The notes: a model not told the origin generated them from the letters alone. Shown: positions 49,465 through 60,408, counted from the stretch's first letter. The stretch: 64,000 nt of DNA from an uncultured delta proteobacterium (GCA_963804165.1 CAWDPO010000043.1:371750-435749); one strand, 5' to 3'. Numbers and translations: made by a program.

Positions 49465-50415
49465 CTAGTGCCGGTCATGTCCGAAGGTTTTTGCGTAATC
49501 GCGCTGCAGGTCCTTCGGAATGAAATCGTCTTCTAGCTGCATGATTTTATTTGCCGGAAGAAGCGGATCGTGCGTGCGCGGCACCATGCCCCATTGGCTC
49601 GCCTCGGCTTTCTTGTTCCACTCTTCGAGCACCGCCGGACCGCGCTCCTTGAATTCGTGTAATAGGTCCCAGGTCGCCTGCAAGCCGTTGGCGGTTGTCA
49701 GGCTCGGATATAACACCGCCGCAGCGCCGAGTTTTTGAAACTCTTCGAACGTCGGCGACGGCCGTGCGCCGTAATAAGGCGCGATCACCGGCGCAGGAAT
49801 ACGCCGGCAGGCCAAAGCGATTTCTTCGCGCGTACGCAGCGTATTCACCCAGATCACATCGACACCGGCTTCCTTGACATAAGCGATGCTGCGGTCGACC
49901 GCGTCTTCAAAACCGCCGCCCTCGGATCCGATGGAATCGCAACGCGCGCAAATAACAAAATCCGGATCGAGTTCTTTTTTCGCCGCCACGGCGGCTTTAT
50001 ATTTGCCGATCGCTTCTTCGCGCGAGATCAAGCGGCGACCGGCGTGAGTTCCTGATTTCTTCGGCGCTTCCTGATCTTCGATGTGCAGCCCCGCGGCGCC
50101 GGCGCGGATGTAGGCCTGCACCGTGTGATAAACGTTCACCGCGTTGCCGTAGCCGGTATCGGCATCGGCGAAGATCGGAATGTTGCAGGCGGCGGTCAAC
50201 CGGCGCACCGCTTCGACCATTTCGCTCAAGCCGACCAGCCCGACATCCGGGTAACCGTAGACGTAGGCGCACACCTGCGAGCCCGACATGAAAAAAGCCT
50301 CATAGCCGAGCACCTCCGACATACGCGCGTGCAACGGGCTAAAACCTCCGGACATGACGAGAAGCTCCTGCCGAGTCAGCAGGGCATGAAATTTTGCCGA
50401 TAATTTATTTTCCAT
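49465..50415 (-). CDS. Isocitrate lyase/PEP mutase superfamily protein
   Basis: GYPDVG, ADADTGYGN, GLHIEDQ..PKK and ICARCD motifs. Confidence 0.9.
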   Translation of the reverse strand: MENKLSAKFHALLTRQELLVMSGGFSPLHARMSEVLGYEAFFMSGSQVCAYVYGYPDVGLVGLSEMVEAVRRLTAACNIPIFADADTGYGNAVNVYHTVQAYIRAGAAGLHIEDQEAPKKSGTHAGRRLISREEAIGKYKAAVAAKKELDPDFVICARCDSIGSEGGGFEDAVDRSIAYVKEAGVDVIWVNTLRTREEIALACRRIPAPVIAPYYGARPSPTFEEFQKLGAAAVLYPSLTTANGLQATWDLLHEFKERGPAVLEEWNKKAEASQWGMVPRTHDPLLPANKIMQLEDDFIPKDLQRDYAKTFGHDRH

Positions 50416-50605
50416 AGGGCAACTTCCATATCACAACATTGAGCCGCTGAAAACGCTGCAGGCGCGGAACGGGAGTACGACGTTTCATCCGGCCCCTGGT
50501 AGTTCTGTGCCGCCATAGCTACTAAGTCGAAAGAATTCCTGGGCACGAGCCTTGCCCGAGAGCCGAACATTGCCCGCGACATCGGCAGGGTTGAGTGCGA
50601 AAAGC

Positions 50606-50638
50606 AAAAAAGGCGGCGAGAGAACGTTCTCTGCCGCC
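50606..50638 (-). terminator. Intrinsic terminator after the TctC-like gene
   Basis: GGCGGC...GCCGCC hairpin followed by a U-run on the minus strand. Confidence 0.7.
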
Positions 50639-50667
50639 GTGTTCTTCAGAATCGGAAATCGATGGAG

Positions 50668-51714
50668 TTATCCACCGAGTAACTTTTTCATCCTGGCGAT
50701 GGTTTCGGGAGTCTGATTCAAAGCGTCTTTGACGATTTTTTCGAGTTCGTCCCCAGGCACCGCGTCGAGATCAAACTTACGCTTGTCTAGGTCGGCGAGA
50801 AATTCAGTATCCTTTATCGTCGCATTGAAAGCATCGCGAAGAATTTTCACTCGGTCCGGTGGAGTGCCCGGCGTTCCCAGCATCGGACGACCGAGCGCAC
50901 CAGCGGCAAGAATCACCGAAGCGAGACGTCGACTAGTCTCGGCGGTTTTATAGCGATCCATCAACTCCCAAATCGTCGGAGTCTCGGGCAATTTGGCATC
51001 CCGCTTCCGGCCGGTCTGAATAATATTGCGCACGAAGCCATTTTTGCGCCAGGTGTGGTAAGGCTCGCGCGACAGAAAAGCTTCGATGGTGAAAGCTCGG
51101 CAATGGATTTCACCCCTTTCGACGGCGAGATCGATTTCCGGTCCGCCTGGATAACCTTGCACCAGTTGAAACTTCGTAGCCAGTGTCTCCTCAAAAAGCT
51201 TGGGCAAGTAATAAGCCGAATCCGACGTACCCTGCGCGCCGCAGCGCGGCGCTTCTTTGGCATTACGCACATCATCAATCGTCTTGTACGGCGTGTCCGC
51301 GCGCATGTACATCTGCGACTCGCCCTGCACGGGAGAACCGATCCAAACAAACTTACTCCAATCATACTGCACTTCCGGTCGACCGATCAGTTGGTCGAAA
51401 TAAAGCGACGGAACGATGGAACCGATCAAGCTCAAACCATCCGGCTTGGTCTTGTTGTAAACGTAATTCGCCGCGATCTTGTGCCCCGCGCCAGGCATAT
51501 TTTGCACGATCATGTCCGGTTTCCCGGGTATATGCTTGCCCATATGCGCCGCTAAAATGCGCGACCATTGGTCATACAGTGCGCCCGCAGTCGTGCCCGC
51601 GTAAACCGTGATGGTTTTCCCTTTATAGAAACCGGATTGAGCGAAAACGGATGTCGACCATCCGATCAGGCTGATCAACATGATTATCGCGAGTAACTTT
51701 TGATTGGACTTCAT
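50668..51714 (-). CDS. Tripartite tricarboxylate transporter receptor (TctC/Bug-like), orphan
   Basis: FYKGKTIT, IVQNMPGAG, GYPGGPEIDLAVERGE and PGTPPDRV motifs. Confidence 0.88.
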   Translation of the reverse strand: MKSNQKLLAIIMLISLIGWSTSVFAQSGFYKGKTITVYAGTTAGALYDQWSRILAAHMGKHIPGKPDMIVQNMPGAGHKIAANYVYNKTKPDGLSLIGSIVPSLYFDQLIGRPEVQYDWSKFVWIGSPVQGESQMYMRADTPYKTIDDVRNAKEAPRCGAQGTSDSAYYLPKLFEETLATKFQLVQGYPGGPEIDLAVERGEIHCRAFTIEAFLSREPYHTWRKNGFVRNIIQTGRKRDAKLPETPTIWELMDRYKTAETSRRLASVILAAGALGRPMLGTPGTPPDRVKILRDAFNATIKDTEFLADLDKRKFDLDAVPGDELEKIVKDALNQTPETIARMKKLLGG

Positions 51715-51814
51715 GAGAATCTCCTTAGCTGTCTGAAATCGAGTGTTAAGGTAACATGACAAAGCTGCCAGTCAAGTTAGTCGATGGCTCGTCAGAGTGA
51801 CAAACCGAAAGAAC

Positions 51815-53950
51815 TCATTCGGGTTTGATATTGAACTTAGTTACAGTACCGTTCGGCTCTTGCAGGTAAGTTCGCACGACGGTGTAGTTGTCCTTTGGAT
51901 CGTAATCGTAACGAAATCCATACGTATGACCTCCACCTAGAGAAGCTTGACCTATCCTACCCTTGATATATTGCAGCTTGAAAAGCGGTTGTTCATCTTC
52001 ATGCACTCCCAACAGGTAGGTACCATCGTAAAAATATCTCCGCGCTGACTCGGGCGTTCGCACTTGAACCAATCGGCCGGTGAGATCGTACGCATAGTGA
52101 ATCATCCGATCCTGACTGTCGTGCGCCTTGATGATCCGGTTTCTAGAATCATACTCAAACTTGATAAACTGGCCATTCGTCGTCGACACCCGCTCTAGAT
52201 TTCTTCCCTTGCCCCTTTGAACGATTAACGCCTCTCCTGTAGCGCTGATAAAGCCGACAAGTGCACCATCCACACCGCGTTTCGCATTATAAGACTCGGG
52301 AAAAAACATATGCGACCCGTCAGTTCGGGTTAAATCCCACCCCCTACCATTCCAGCCAAATCGCGCGCGTAGAAAGGAAGTCGCCGTACGTCGATGTTCA
52401 AATAGTGCATTCATGTAACTAGAGCCTTCGGAGATTCGGTCGAAGTGAATGCGGCGTCCGTCGCAAAGGTTCAAATCGACCTCAGTGTAGGGGTTGCGTT
52501 TTCCCGTCGGAAACATATCCCAGGAGAGCGCCGTGCTGTAGCCGAAAGCTCTAGAGTGTTCGTCCCACAGGCGATAACACCGCGTAGCGGCCAGAGGCGT
52601 GGCGCCACCAACGAAAAGATCGGTCTCGCGCGTCATTACGAGCCCAGTACGTAAATCGATCTCCAGTTCATCCACCTCGACGTCAATAAGGGAATGCGGC
52701 AGACATCTTGTAATGGAGGTAGTCCACATTCCTGCTCCGGCGTTCGTAACTCGAGTACGGCGAAACAATAAGCAAGGATAGCGGCCGTCCACAGCTTTCT
52801 CGTCGAAGTTCTGTGCCGCGGGCAGGACCTTCGGCGTCAGCGCTGGAAGCCAGTGAGCCGTCTTGAAATCGTCAACAACTGCCAACGATCCTAACCCGTC
52901 AAAGTTATCGGACATAAGATCGGCGCTGAATGACCCGTAAAGTTCTTTCGCCAACACACTGCTAGGATCTTCACTCCGTGGCATTTTAAGTACCAGCATT
53001 CCAATTACACGGCTTATCATCTTACGCACTCGCGCATTCAACAATGAATCCGTGTCCTCTTCCTGAGTAGATCCAAGACGCGCGGAGGACACAGCCCCAC
53101 CACGATCTCCATCCCAATACGTATACGTGAAGCGCCAGTTACGCTCACAAAAATACATATCTTCGTCGGTAATACCGATCATTACGGCTTTCGCATCCTG
53201 CACAAGATGAGGCAATCTACGTCGCATGAGAGAAACAATCTCTTCTGCGATCAACTGCCGCCGCTTTGTGTTGCGCACCCAATCTTCGAGAGCTATTGGA
53301 GCTGACACTACAACGTCCAACCCAAAGTTTTTTTTATAAAACTCTGGCAAGTCTTTCAGAGTGACATCGTCGACCTTTCCGATAGGAACCAGGTAGAGAC
53401 GTTTATCTATTACAACTTTATCTCGGGGTGGATCATCTGCAGATTCCAGCAAATTGATTGCTGCTCCGTTAGCCACTGCTAATTGGAGCTCGGAGAAAAC
53501 CCAAGTGCCGTCGACGCGGCCGAGTCGAGCGTTGAGAATACCGCTCTGCTTCGAGCCTTTGATTCGGATTTTGATTTGCGCCTCGCCCGACTCACCATCG
53601 TAATTTTGCAAAAAGCCGTCGACGAGCCAGCTGTGACGGATAGGATGCCCGACTATGGCGACGGCGTTCCTGTTATCCTCCAATCGGCTCATCGCCTCCC
53701 CCACTAGTGGAGCGAGCCAGGGCGGCCACATGAGGCGCAGATAGGGAGTTAAATAAGGACGATAGAAATACGCAACTGCGGGCACGAGCAGACCAATCAG
53801 CACATGAGTTAACATTCGTAACGGCGCGTACCTCGATGAAGGCGATGCGCCTCCTTCCGACCACTGCAGAGGCGCGCCGCATATCCGACATCGATCCTTG
53901 CCTGGCGGGAGTTCTGCGCCGCAGTTGCGACAATGTTCGAGGGTGCTCAG
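51815..53950 (-). CDS. Multidomain protein: double zinc ribbon, TM, Coa1-like domain, archaemetzincin-like domain, YD/RHS-like repeats
   Basis: ORF 51815..53815 extends in frame upstream through CRNCG...CRICG to a CTG at 53950 preceded by GAAAGG; IKGSKQSG.L, GIT.EDMY and YDSRNRI...YAYDLTGRL motifs. Confidence 0.65.
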   Translation of the reverse strand: MSTLEHCRNCGAELPPGKDRCRICGAPLQWSEGGASPSSRYAPLRMLTHVLIGLLVPAVAYFYRPYLTPYLRLMWPPWLAPLVGEAMSRLEDNRNAVAIVGHPIRHSWLVDGFLQNYDGESGEAQIKIRIKGSKQSGILNARLGRVDGTWVFSELQLAVANGAAINLLESADDPPRDKVVIDKRLYLVPIGKVDDVTLKDLPEFYKKNFGLDVVVSAPIALEDWVRNTKRRQLIAEEIVSLMRRRLPHLVQDAKAVMIGITDEDMYFCERNWRFTYTYWDGDRGGAVSSARLGSTQEEDTDSLLNARVRKMISRVIGMLVLKMPRSEDPSSVLAKELYGSFSADLMSDNFDGLGSLAVVDDFKTAHWLPALTPKVLPAAQNFDEKAVDGRYPCLLFRRTRVTNAGAGMWTTSITRCLPHSLIDVEVDELEIDLRTGLVMTRETDLFVGGATPLAATRCYRLWDEHSRAFGYSTALSWDMFPTGKRNPYTEVDLNLCDGRRIHFDRISEGSSYMNALFEHRRTATSFLRARFGWNGRGWDLTRTDGSHMFFPESYNAKRGVDGALVGFISATGEALIVQRGKGRNLERVSTTNGQFIKFEYDSRNRIIKAHDSQDRMIHYAYDLTGRLVQVRTPESARRYFYDGTYLLGVHEDEQPLFKLQYIKGRIGQASLGGGHTYGFRYDYDPKDNYTVVRTYLQEPNGTVTKFNIKPE

Positions 53951-54156
53951 CTCAGTACGCCTTTCATCGAGTGAACGGAGGCAATTTTAGCTTGCCGCGA
54001 GGTCCGTGAAAAGCGGAGAAATCAGTGCTCGCCAAGCAAACAAATCAACACGTTTGAAGTAGAGTTAGCACTGTACAAGAAAGACGAGCGCAAGCTTCCA
54101 TCCGTCGCTGACGACAGAGAATTTGGAACCGATCTGTGCGCCGATGATTGTGAGGA

Positions 54157-54591
54157 TTACTTCGCGATCAGCCCGTCGATCGATAATGCGCCTGCGCCTC
54201 CAACCAGAACGGCCAGCGTCATTAATAATAAGGCCAGGGTGTACTCGATGCCGCTGCCTCTACCGTGCCGTTGCGCGAGAAAAAAGCCGTTGCTCCAGTG
54301 TCCCATATAGAGCGCCATGAAGATAAAACCCGCCAGGCAAAACGCCGCGGGTCGCACCAAAAAACCCAACGTCATCGAGACCGCGCCGAAAACCTCAGAG
54401 AAAAGACCGAAGATTCCGAGCGCGATGGGTACGTGATATTTTTGCTTCCAGTTTTGCAGCTGATCCTTTACTCCCTTGCCACCGTGCCAACCCAATGCCT
54501 GCTGCGAGCTGTGCGCGAAAAACGTCAACGCCAATCCGAAGCGTAAGAAGACATATGAAAACGAGCCGTCCGTTTGAAATATCCAGTCCAC
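54157..54591 (-). CDS. DoxX family membrane protein
   Basis: LRFGLAL.FFAH, GIEYTL and GAGALSID motifs; GGAGG RBS before GTG 54591. Confidence 0.85.
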   Translation of the reverse strand: MDWIFQTDGSFSYVFLRFGLALTFFAHSSQQALGWHGGKGVKDQLQNWKQKYHVPIALGIFGLFSEVFGAVSMTLGFLVRPAAFCLAGFIFMALYMGHWSNGFFLAQRHGRGSGIEYTLALLLMTLAVLVGGAGALSIDGLIAK

Positions 54592-54840
54592 GTTGTCCTC
54601 CAAGTTCTCTGCTGCAAGATTCACGAGAGCAGCGAAACAAAACATCTAGATTAACTTTCGCGAGCGAACATAGCAGAACTCGCACAAGCAACGCAAAGCC
54701 TTGACCTCAGAACGTCTGGGGAATCCCTTGCGTGCTTCACTGCCATGTACTAATCGTCAGCAAAGGATGTTTTTCATGCCTTTGTTTGACGCCATATGTA
54801 AACGAAAGAAGTGCGCGACGAGAATATTCGGGAGACGTTT

Positions 54841-55908
54841 ATGCAAATTATCGATGCCGACGGACACATTAACGATCACGCCTGCGGCGAGGAAATCGCC
54901 GAGTACATGCCCAAGGGCAATCAAATGGCGAAACTGTTTCCCGAGTTCGACCACCTGCATTTTCGCTATTTGAAGCAAAACCGTCGTGCCACGGGAAATC
55001 CCTCGCCGGAAGATTGGAACCAATTTCTCGAGAAGACCGGTATTAGCTGGACCGTGCTTTATCCGACCGCGGGGCTGGCCGTAGGAAGAATCATGGCGTC
55101 CGATTGGGCGGTCATCGCGTGCAAAGCCTATAACACGTGGCTCTATGAAAAATTTCTTAGCAAGAATTCACGGCTCGAAGGTGTGGCGCTGATCCCATTT
55201 CAAGACATCGACGCGGCGATCAGCGAATTGCGCCGCGCGGTCAAGGAGCTGGGCATGCTCGGCGGCATGTTGCCGTCCAACGGCGAAGCGATCCAGGGCC
55301 ACTTGGGAAATAAAATCTACTGGCCGTTATACGAGGAAGCAGAGAAGCTCGGCTGCGCGCTGGCGGTCCACGTGGGCTGTCTCCATCACATGGGCCTCGA
55401 TTCGTTCGCGACGTATTATCCCGCGCACGCTCTCGGTCATCCGTTTAGCCTGATGATTCAGGCGTCGGCCCTGCTTGCCCACGGTGTATTCGATCGTTTT
55501 CCCAATCTGCGCGTGGCGTTTCTCGAAGGCGGCGCGACTTGGGTGCCGTTCATGATGGATCGCCTGGATCGTTCCTACCACGACGGCCACGTACAACTTG
55601 ATTTGACCGGAGATCTGATCGGCGGGCCGAAGCAAGGCGAGAAGGCCAGCGATTATTTCAAGAAACAGCTGCGTGACGGAAGAATTTTCGTCGGCTTCGA
55701 TTGCGATGACGACGGGCTCGGCACGGCGGTCGCCAAAGGCGGTCGGCAGTCGTTTTTATTCGGCAGCGACTTCCCGCACGAAGTGTTCGACGCGGCGAAA
55801 TGCCGGCATGAAATCGACGAGCTTCTGGCGCGTGACGATCTCACGCAAGAAGACAAGGAAGCAGTCTTGGGCGACAATGCAATGAAATTTTACCGACCGG
55901 CGTTGTAG
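54841..55908 (+). CDS. Amidohydrolase_2 family protein
   Basis: IIDADGH, GVFDRFPNLRVAFLEGG and FGSDFPH motifs. Confidence 0.88.
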   Translation: MQIIDADGHINDHACGEEIAEYMPKGNQMAKLFPEFDHLHFRYLKQNRRATGNPSPEDWNQFLEKTGISWTVLYPTAGLAVGRIMASDWAVIACKAYNTWLYEKFLSKNSRLEGVALIPFQDIDAAISELRRAVKELGMLGGMLPSNGEAIQGHLGNKIYWPLYEEAEKLGCALAVHVGCLHHMGLDSFATYYPAHALGHPFSLMIQASALLAHGVFDRFPNLRVAFLEGGATWVPFMMDRLDRSYHDGHVQLDLTGDLIGGPKQGEKASDYFKKQLRDGRIFVGFDCDDDGLGTAVAKGGRQSFLFGSDFPHEVFDAAKCRHEIDELLARDDLTQEDKEAVLGDNAMKFYRPAL

Positions 55909-56016
55909 TCAACATCAATTATCCGACGCCTTCTTCTTTTAAGCTAGGATCTCGGCGTCGGCAGGAAATTTTGATCGTCCACGCTGTCGCAGCTCCGGCG
56001 ACAAGTTCGCGCTGCC

Positions 56017-57525
56017 CTAGGTGGAACTTTCGGCAAACGCCTCTTCCCGCGTCTTGCTGAACGCGGGGATCAACACCGTACACATGGCGAGCACGGCGAG
56101 AGCGAGTAATGTCGCGCTGATCGGCCGCTGGATGAAAACCATAGGATTGCCGCGCGACAGCAGCATGGCACGGCGCAAATACTCTTCCATCAGCGGACCC
56201 AAGATAAAGGCCAGAAGCATCGGCGCCCCTTCGCAGCCGAGTTTCGAAAATAAATAGCCGAGCGCGCCGAATAATCCCATCAGATAGATGTCGAACGTGC
56301 TGTTGTTGAGACTGAAAACACCGATGCCACAAAAAACTAGAATCGCCGGATAGAGCATTTGGTAGGGAATCGTAATCATCTTCACCCACATGCCGACCAA
56401 TGGGAGATTGAGCACGATCAACATGAAATTGCCGATCCACATTGACGCGATAATGCCCCAAAATAATTGGGGCTGTTCCGTAATCACCGACGGACCCGGC
56501 TGAATTCCCTGAATGATCATCGCGCCGACCATCAGCGCCATCACAGGGTTTGAGGGAATGCCGAGCGTGAGCATCGGGATGAATGACGTCTGCGCGCCGG
56601 CGTTGTTGGCTGCCTCCGGAGCAGCGACGCCCTCGATGGCCCCTTTGCCGAACTGAGCGCGGTTTTTTGAAATCTTTTTCTCGATCGAGTAGGCCGCGAA
56701 GGCTCCCAATATTGATCCGCTGCCGGGCAGGATCCCCATGGCCGAGCCGATCACCGTGCCACGCAGGATCGGACAGATCATGCGTTTCCAGTCGTCCCGG
56801 GTAGGCATGAGGCTGGTGATCTTGGAGATCACCACCGAGCGCTCCGACTCCCCTTCCAAATTGCGGATAATTTCACTGAGACCGAACATGCCCATCGCCA
56901 CCGTAACAAAGCCGATCCCATCGGCGAGCTCAGGTATTCCAAAGGTAAACCGTTGCGTCCCCGATGTCACATCGGTGCCGATTAAGCCCAATAAGAGCCC
57001 GAGCACCACCATGCCGATCGCATGAAGGAGCGAGCCCTGGGCGAGCACGACAGACGCCACTAAACCCAGCACCATCAACGAGAAGTAATCCGCCGGGCCA
57101 AATTTCAAAGCCGCCTCGGCGAGTGGCGGGGCGAAAAGCGCGAGCAAAAACGTGGCTACGGTGCCGGCGAAAAACGAACCGACAGCCGAAGCCGTGAGCG
57201 CCGGCCCGGCGCGGCCCTGCTTGGCCATCTGATAACCGTCCAGGGTGGTGACCACCGAGGCGGCTTCGCCCGGGAGATTGACCAAGATGGAAGTTGTCGA
57301 GCCGCCATACTGGGAACCATAATAAATCCCCGCGAGCATGATCAGGGCCGAGACCGGTTGCAGAGCGAACGTCAGCGGTAACAGCATTGCGATGGTTGCC
57401 GTTGGTCCCAGTCCGGGCAATACTCCGATCGCGGTGCCAAGGAAAACACCGATTAGACAGTATAAAAGATTGACCGGCGTGAACGCCGTTGACATGCCCA
57501 GAGCTAGATTGGCGAGAAGGTCCAT
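56017..57525 (-). CDS. tctA: Tripartite tricarboxylate transporter large permease
   Basis: [22 protein letters not shown] and EAANNA...IPMLTLGIP motifs. Confidence 0.95.
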   Translation of the reverse strand: MDLLANLALGMSTAFTPVNLLYCLIGVFLGTAIGVLPGLGPTATIAMLLPLTFALQPVSALIMLAGIYYGSQYGGSTTSILVNLPGEAASVVTTLDGYQMAKQGRAGPALTASAVGSFFAGTVATFLLALFAPPLAEAALKFGPADYFSLMVLGLVASVVLAQGSLLHAIGMVVLGLLLGLIGTDVTSGTQRFTFGIPELADGIGFVTVAMGMFGLSEIIRNLEGESERSVVISKITSLMPTRDDWKRMICPILRGTVIGSAMGILPGSGSILGAFAAYSIEKKISKNRAQFGKGAIEGVAAPEAANNAGAQTSFIPMLTLGIPSNPVMALMVGAMIIQGIQPGPSVITEQPQLFWGIIASMWIGNFMLIVLNLPLVGMWVKMITIPYQMLYPAILVFCGIGVFSLNNSTFDIYLMGLFGALGYLFSKLGCEGAPMLLAFILGPLMEEYLRRAMLLSRGNPMVFIQRPISATLLALAVLAMCTVLIPAFSKTREEAFAESST

Positions 57526-57555
57526 TTCCGAATCGTATTTATCGTGCGGTGACTT

Positions 57556-58008
57556 TCATCCGCCCAACCAGGGTCCAATGATCGGCAACGGGACACCCAA
57601 ACCTTTGATGAACACAAAGACGCAGAAAACGGTAAGCCCGGCTGCCATCATCAAAGTCGGAGCCCAGCGAAAACGTGCGCTGCCGAGCGCGCTGATGACA
57701 ACCAATAGCGGCAGAGAGATCGCGACGCCGGCGCCGCGCACGATCAGGCCGAAAATCACCACCGAAGCGATGACGAGTGAAAATCCTTTGAATGCAAAAC
57801 TGCCGATGGGTGTGCCGGCAACGATAAACGCGCGGATCACAGAGATCGTGCCGATCACGACGAGCAACCCACCGAGCACCGATGGGAAATAAGCCGCGCC
57901 CATTTTGAGAGCGATTCCCATGCCGTATTCCCGTCCGATGAGTATCGCGCCCAGGCCGAAGAAAACGTAAATGAGACCGCTCCAAAAATCTTTCGCGCTA
58001 CGAATCAT
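57556..58008 (-). CDS. tctB: Tripartite tricarboxylate transporter small permease
   Basis: KDFWSGL, MGAAYFP and GLGVPLP motifs; lies between tctC and tctA. Confidence 0.9.
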   Translation of the reverse strand: MIRSAKDFWSGLIYVFFGLGAILIGREYGMGIALKMGAAYFPSVLGGLLVVIGTISVIRAFIVAGTPIGSFAFKGFSLVIASVVIFGLIVRGAGVAISLPLLVVISALGSARFRWAPTLMMAAGLTVFCVFVFIKGLGVPLPIIGPWLGG

Positions 58009-58087
58009 ATCCGCAGGTCAACCATCCCCGTAACGAACCAATACCGATCAACGCGCCTTGTATAACAACTGTCTTTGAAACGAAAGC

Positions 58088-58119
58088 AAAAAAAAGGCCG
58101 GGTCGACGCCCGGCCTTTT
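58088..58119. terminator. Hairpin between tctC and tctB (terminator or mRNA stabiliser)
   Basis: AAAAAAAAGGCCGGG-TCGACG-CCCGGCCTTTT. Confidence 0.75.
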
Positions 58120-58146
58120 ATTACTGCGAGATCATGTGCATCATGC

Positions 58147-59121
58147 TCAATCCGCGTAAACGCCCGCCTTCTTGATGATCGGCGCCCATTTATCGATCTC
58201 CGCCTTGAGGTGCGCGCGCAGCGCGTCAGGCGTGGCGCGGTTTTCGGCGACCGGTTCGGTCCCCAGGTCGGCGAAGCGTTCTTTGACGACTTTGTCCTTC
58301 AATGCCACCTGGAGCGCCTTGGTCAACACATCAATGACCGGTTTCGGCGTTGCCTTGGGTGCATACAGGCCGTGCCACACGGCTACTTCGAAGCCCTTAA
58401 GGCCGGCTTCGTCCATCGTCGGTATCTTCGGCAGCGATGGCAGGCGCTTCAAAGTGGTCACACCGTAGACCTTTACTTTGTCGGCCTTAATCTGGCTGGT
58501 CGTATTGGTCGTTTGGTCGCAGCTAAAATCTACCTGGCTGCCCAACAGATCCTTCATCACATCCGCAGTACCCTTGTAAGGCACCGTGGTCAGATCCGCT
58601 TGGATCACGGTCATGAACAGCATGCCACACAGGTGAGAAGCTGCCCCGAGCCCCGCGTTGGCATAAGTGACTTTATCTTTGTTGGCTTTCACATAAGTAA
58701 TCAACTCTTTGAGATCCTTCGGCGGAAAATCCTTGCGCGCGATCAGCGTCATCGGCACTTCATTGATCAAGCCGATGGGCTCGAAGTCGTCGAGAGGTTT
58801 GTACGGCAATTTGCGATAGAGGGCCGGGGCGGTAGACATTCCGATGTGGTGTATAAGAATCGTGTAACCATCCGGCGTCGACTTGGCCACTCGGTTGGCG
58901 GCGATGGTCCCACCCGCGCCGCCGACGTTTTCAACGATTACTTGCCCATTCAGCGCTTTGCTCATGGGCTGGGCGATCAAGCGGGCCACAGTATCAGTGG
59001 GCCCACCGGCCGTAAACGGCACGATCAACGAAATGACTTTGTCCGGGTACTTTTGCGCGTTCGCGGCTGAAGCAGCAAGAACTGCAACGCATACAAAAAT
59101 TCCGTAAACCTTTTTAATCAT
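58147..59121 (-). CDS. tctC: Tripartite tricarboxylate transporter substrate-binding protein
   Basis: LIVPFTAGGPTD, VENVGGAGGTI, PDGYT and VPYKG motifs. Confidence 0.92.
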   Translation of the reverse strand: MIKKVYGIFVCVAVLAASAANAQKYPDKVISLIVPFTAGGPTDTVARLIAQPMSKALNGQVIVENVGGAGGTIAANRVAKSTPDGYTILIHHIGMSTAPALYRKLPYKPLDDFEPIGLINEVPMTLIARKDFPPKDLKELITYVKANKDKVTYANAGLGAASHLCGMLFMTVIQADLTTVPYKGTADVMKDLLGSQVDFSCDQTTNTTSQIKADKVKVYGVTTLKRLPSLPKIPTMDEAGLKGFEVAVWHGLYAPKATPKPVIDVLTKALQVALKDKVVKERFADLGTEPVAENRATPDALRAHLKAEIDKWAPIIKKAGVYAD

Positions 59122-59478
59122 GGAGCCCTCCTTTGTGGGTTTTGCCATACACGTAAGTTCGGGTCTTCATCAGTAAAATCGGCGACCTAATCTAAAGCCT
59201 TCTTCGCCTGCAATGCAATGGCAAAGTGCCAATATTGTCGGGTCCTTTGGCATGCGCCGCGCCGAAGCAAGATCAGCAACCGTAATGCCATTAGCATAAT
59301 CTTTGACGCCTTGGGGTTTGAGTTAATTCAAGCCTCTCAAGAATGGGAATTTTCCCACCTGAATTTGTCAGAATTTCGAAATTCACCCCTTGACGGTCCC
59401 CGGATGATTGAATAAGGTGCCGCGCTTGAGAAGTTCGCTTGACCGACCCACAGGTGAATAAAACCGAAAGGAGACTTT

Positions 59479-60354
59479 ATGCCTGAAGAACTTAAAGAGG
59501 TTTATCGCGAGTATCAGGACGGAAAAATCTCACGGCGGGAATTCATGCAGAAGGCGATCATTATGACCGGCAGCCTCGCTGCCGCCCACACCCTGGTCGC
59601 GGGCTTGGCGCCCGCCGCCGCGCAGGCGGCGGAATCTTCGCCCAGCGATCCCGAGATCCTCACCCATAACGTGGAATATCAGGGCAAGGCAGGAACCGTT
59701 TCCGCCTACCTGGCTCGGCCGGTCAAAGCGGGAAAGTATCCCGGCATCATCGTGATCCACGAAAATCAGGGATTGACCGATCACATTCGCGACATCTCCC
59801 GCCGGCTCGCCAAAGAAGGATTTGTGGCCCTAGCACCGGACTTTCTATCGCGCCAAGGGGGCACGATGAAAGCTAACCCCAAAGGTGGCGGCTTGCCGAA
59901 TATGCGGGAGCTCGTTCCCTGGCCAACAGTTGCGGAGGACGCGGAATCGGGATTTGCCTACCTCAAAGTGCTGCCGGATGTTCGCGCCGATAAACAAGCG
60001 CTGATCGGCTTTTGCTGGGGCGGCGAGATGACTTTTGCGGCGGCGACGAAGATCAAGACCTTGGACGCCGCGATTGTTTTCTACGGCCGCAGTCCCGGCC
60101 CGATCGACTCTGTGAAAGACATCCGCGCGCCGCTGATGGCCCACTACGGTGAGAAAGACGAGGGCGTCAACAAAGGCATCGATGAAACAGTGGCGGCCAT
60201 GAAGAAATACAAGAAGGTTTACGATTACAAAATCTATCCTGGCGCCCAACACGCGTTTAACAATGATGCAAATCCCAGCCGTTATCATGCCCAGGCGGCG
60301 AAAGAAGCATGGGATCGAACGCTGAGCTTTTTGAAAAAGAATCTCCAAGTCTAA
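59479..60354 (+). CDS. Dienelactone hydrolase family protein with a Tat-like leader
   Basis: SRREFM, VIHENQGL, GFCWGG nucleophile and HAFNND motifs. Confidence 0.9.
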   Translation: MPEELKEVYREYQDGKISRREFMQKAIIMTGSLAAAHTLVAGLAPAAAQAAESSPSDPEILTHNVEYQGKAGTVSAYLARPVKAGKYPGIIVIHENQGLTDHIRDISRRLAKEGFVALAPDFLSRQGGTMKANPKGGGLPNMRELVPWPTVAEDAESGFAYLKVLPDVRADKQALIGFCWGGEMTFAAATKIKTLDAAIVFYGRSPGPIDSVKDIRAPLMAHYGEKDEGVNKGIDETVAAMKKYKKVYDYKIYPGAQHAFNNDANPSRYHAQAAKEAWDRTLSFLKKNLQV

Positions 60355-60373
60355 CTGACGCTCGCGATTTCTG

Positions 60374-60408
60374 CGCGGCCAGCCGCTGCATGCCGGCGGC
60401 TGGCCGCG
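60374..60408 (+). terminator. GC-rich hairpin downstream of the hydrolase
   Basis: CGCGGCCAGCCGC...GCGGCTGGCCGCG; no clear U-tract. Confidence 0.4.

Noticed and set aside
53947-53967. ATG followed by TGA upstream of the mosaic gene as a selenocysteine or readthrough site
   Set aside because: That ATG-TGA pair is in a different frame from the zinc-ribbon ORF.
54670-54720. c-di-GMP-I riboswitch suggested by ACGCAAAGCC
   Set aside because: The upstream GGCAAAC/GNRA stem and the P1 pairing are not present.
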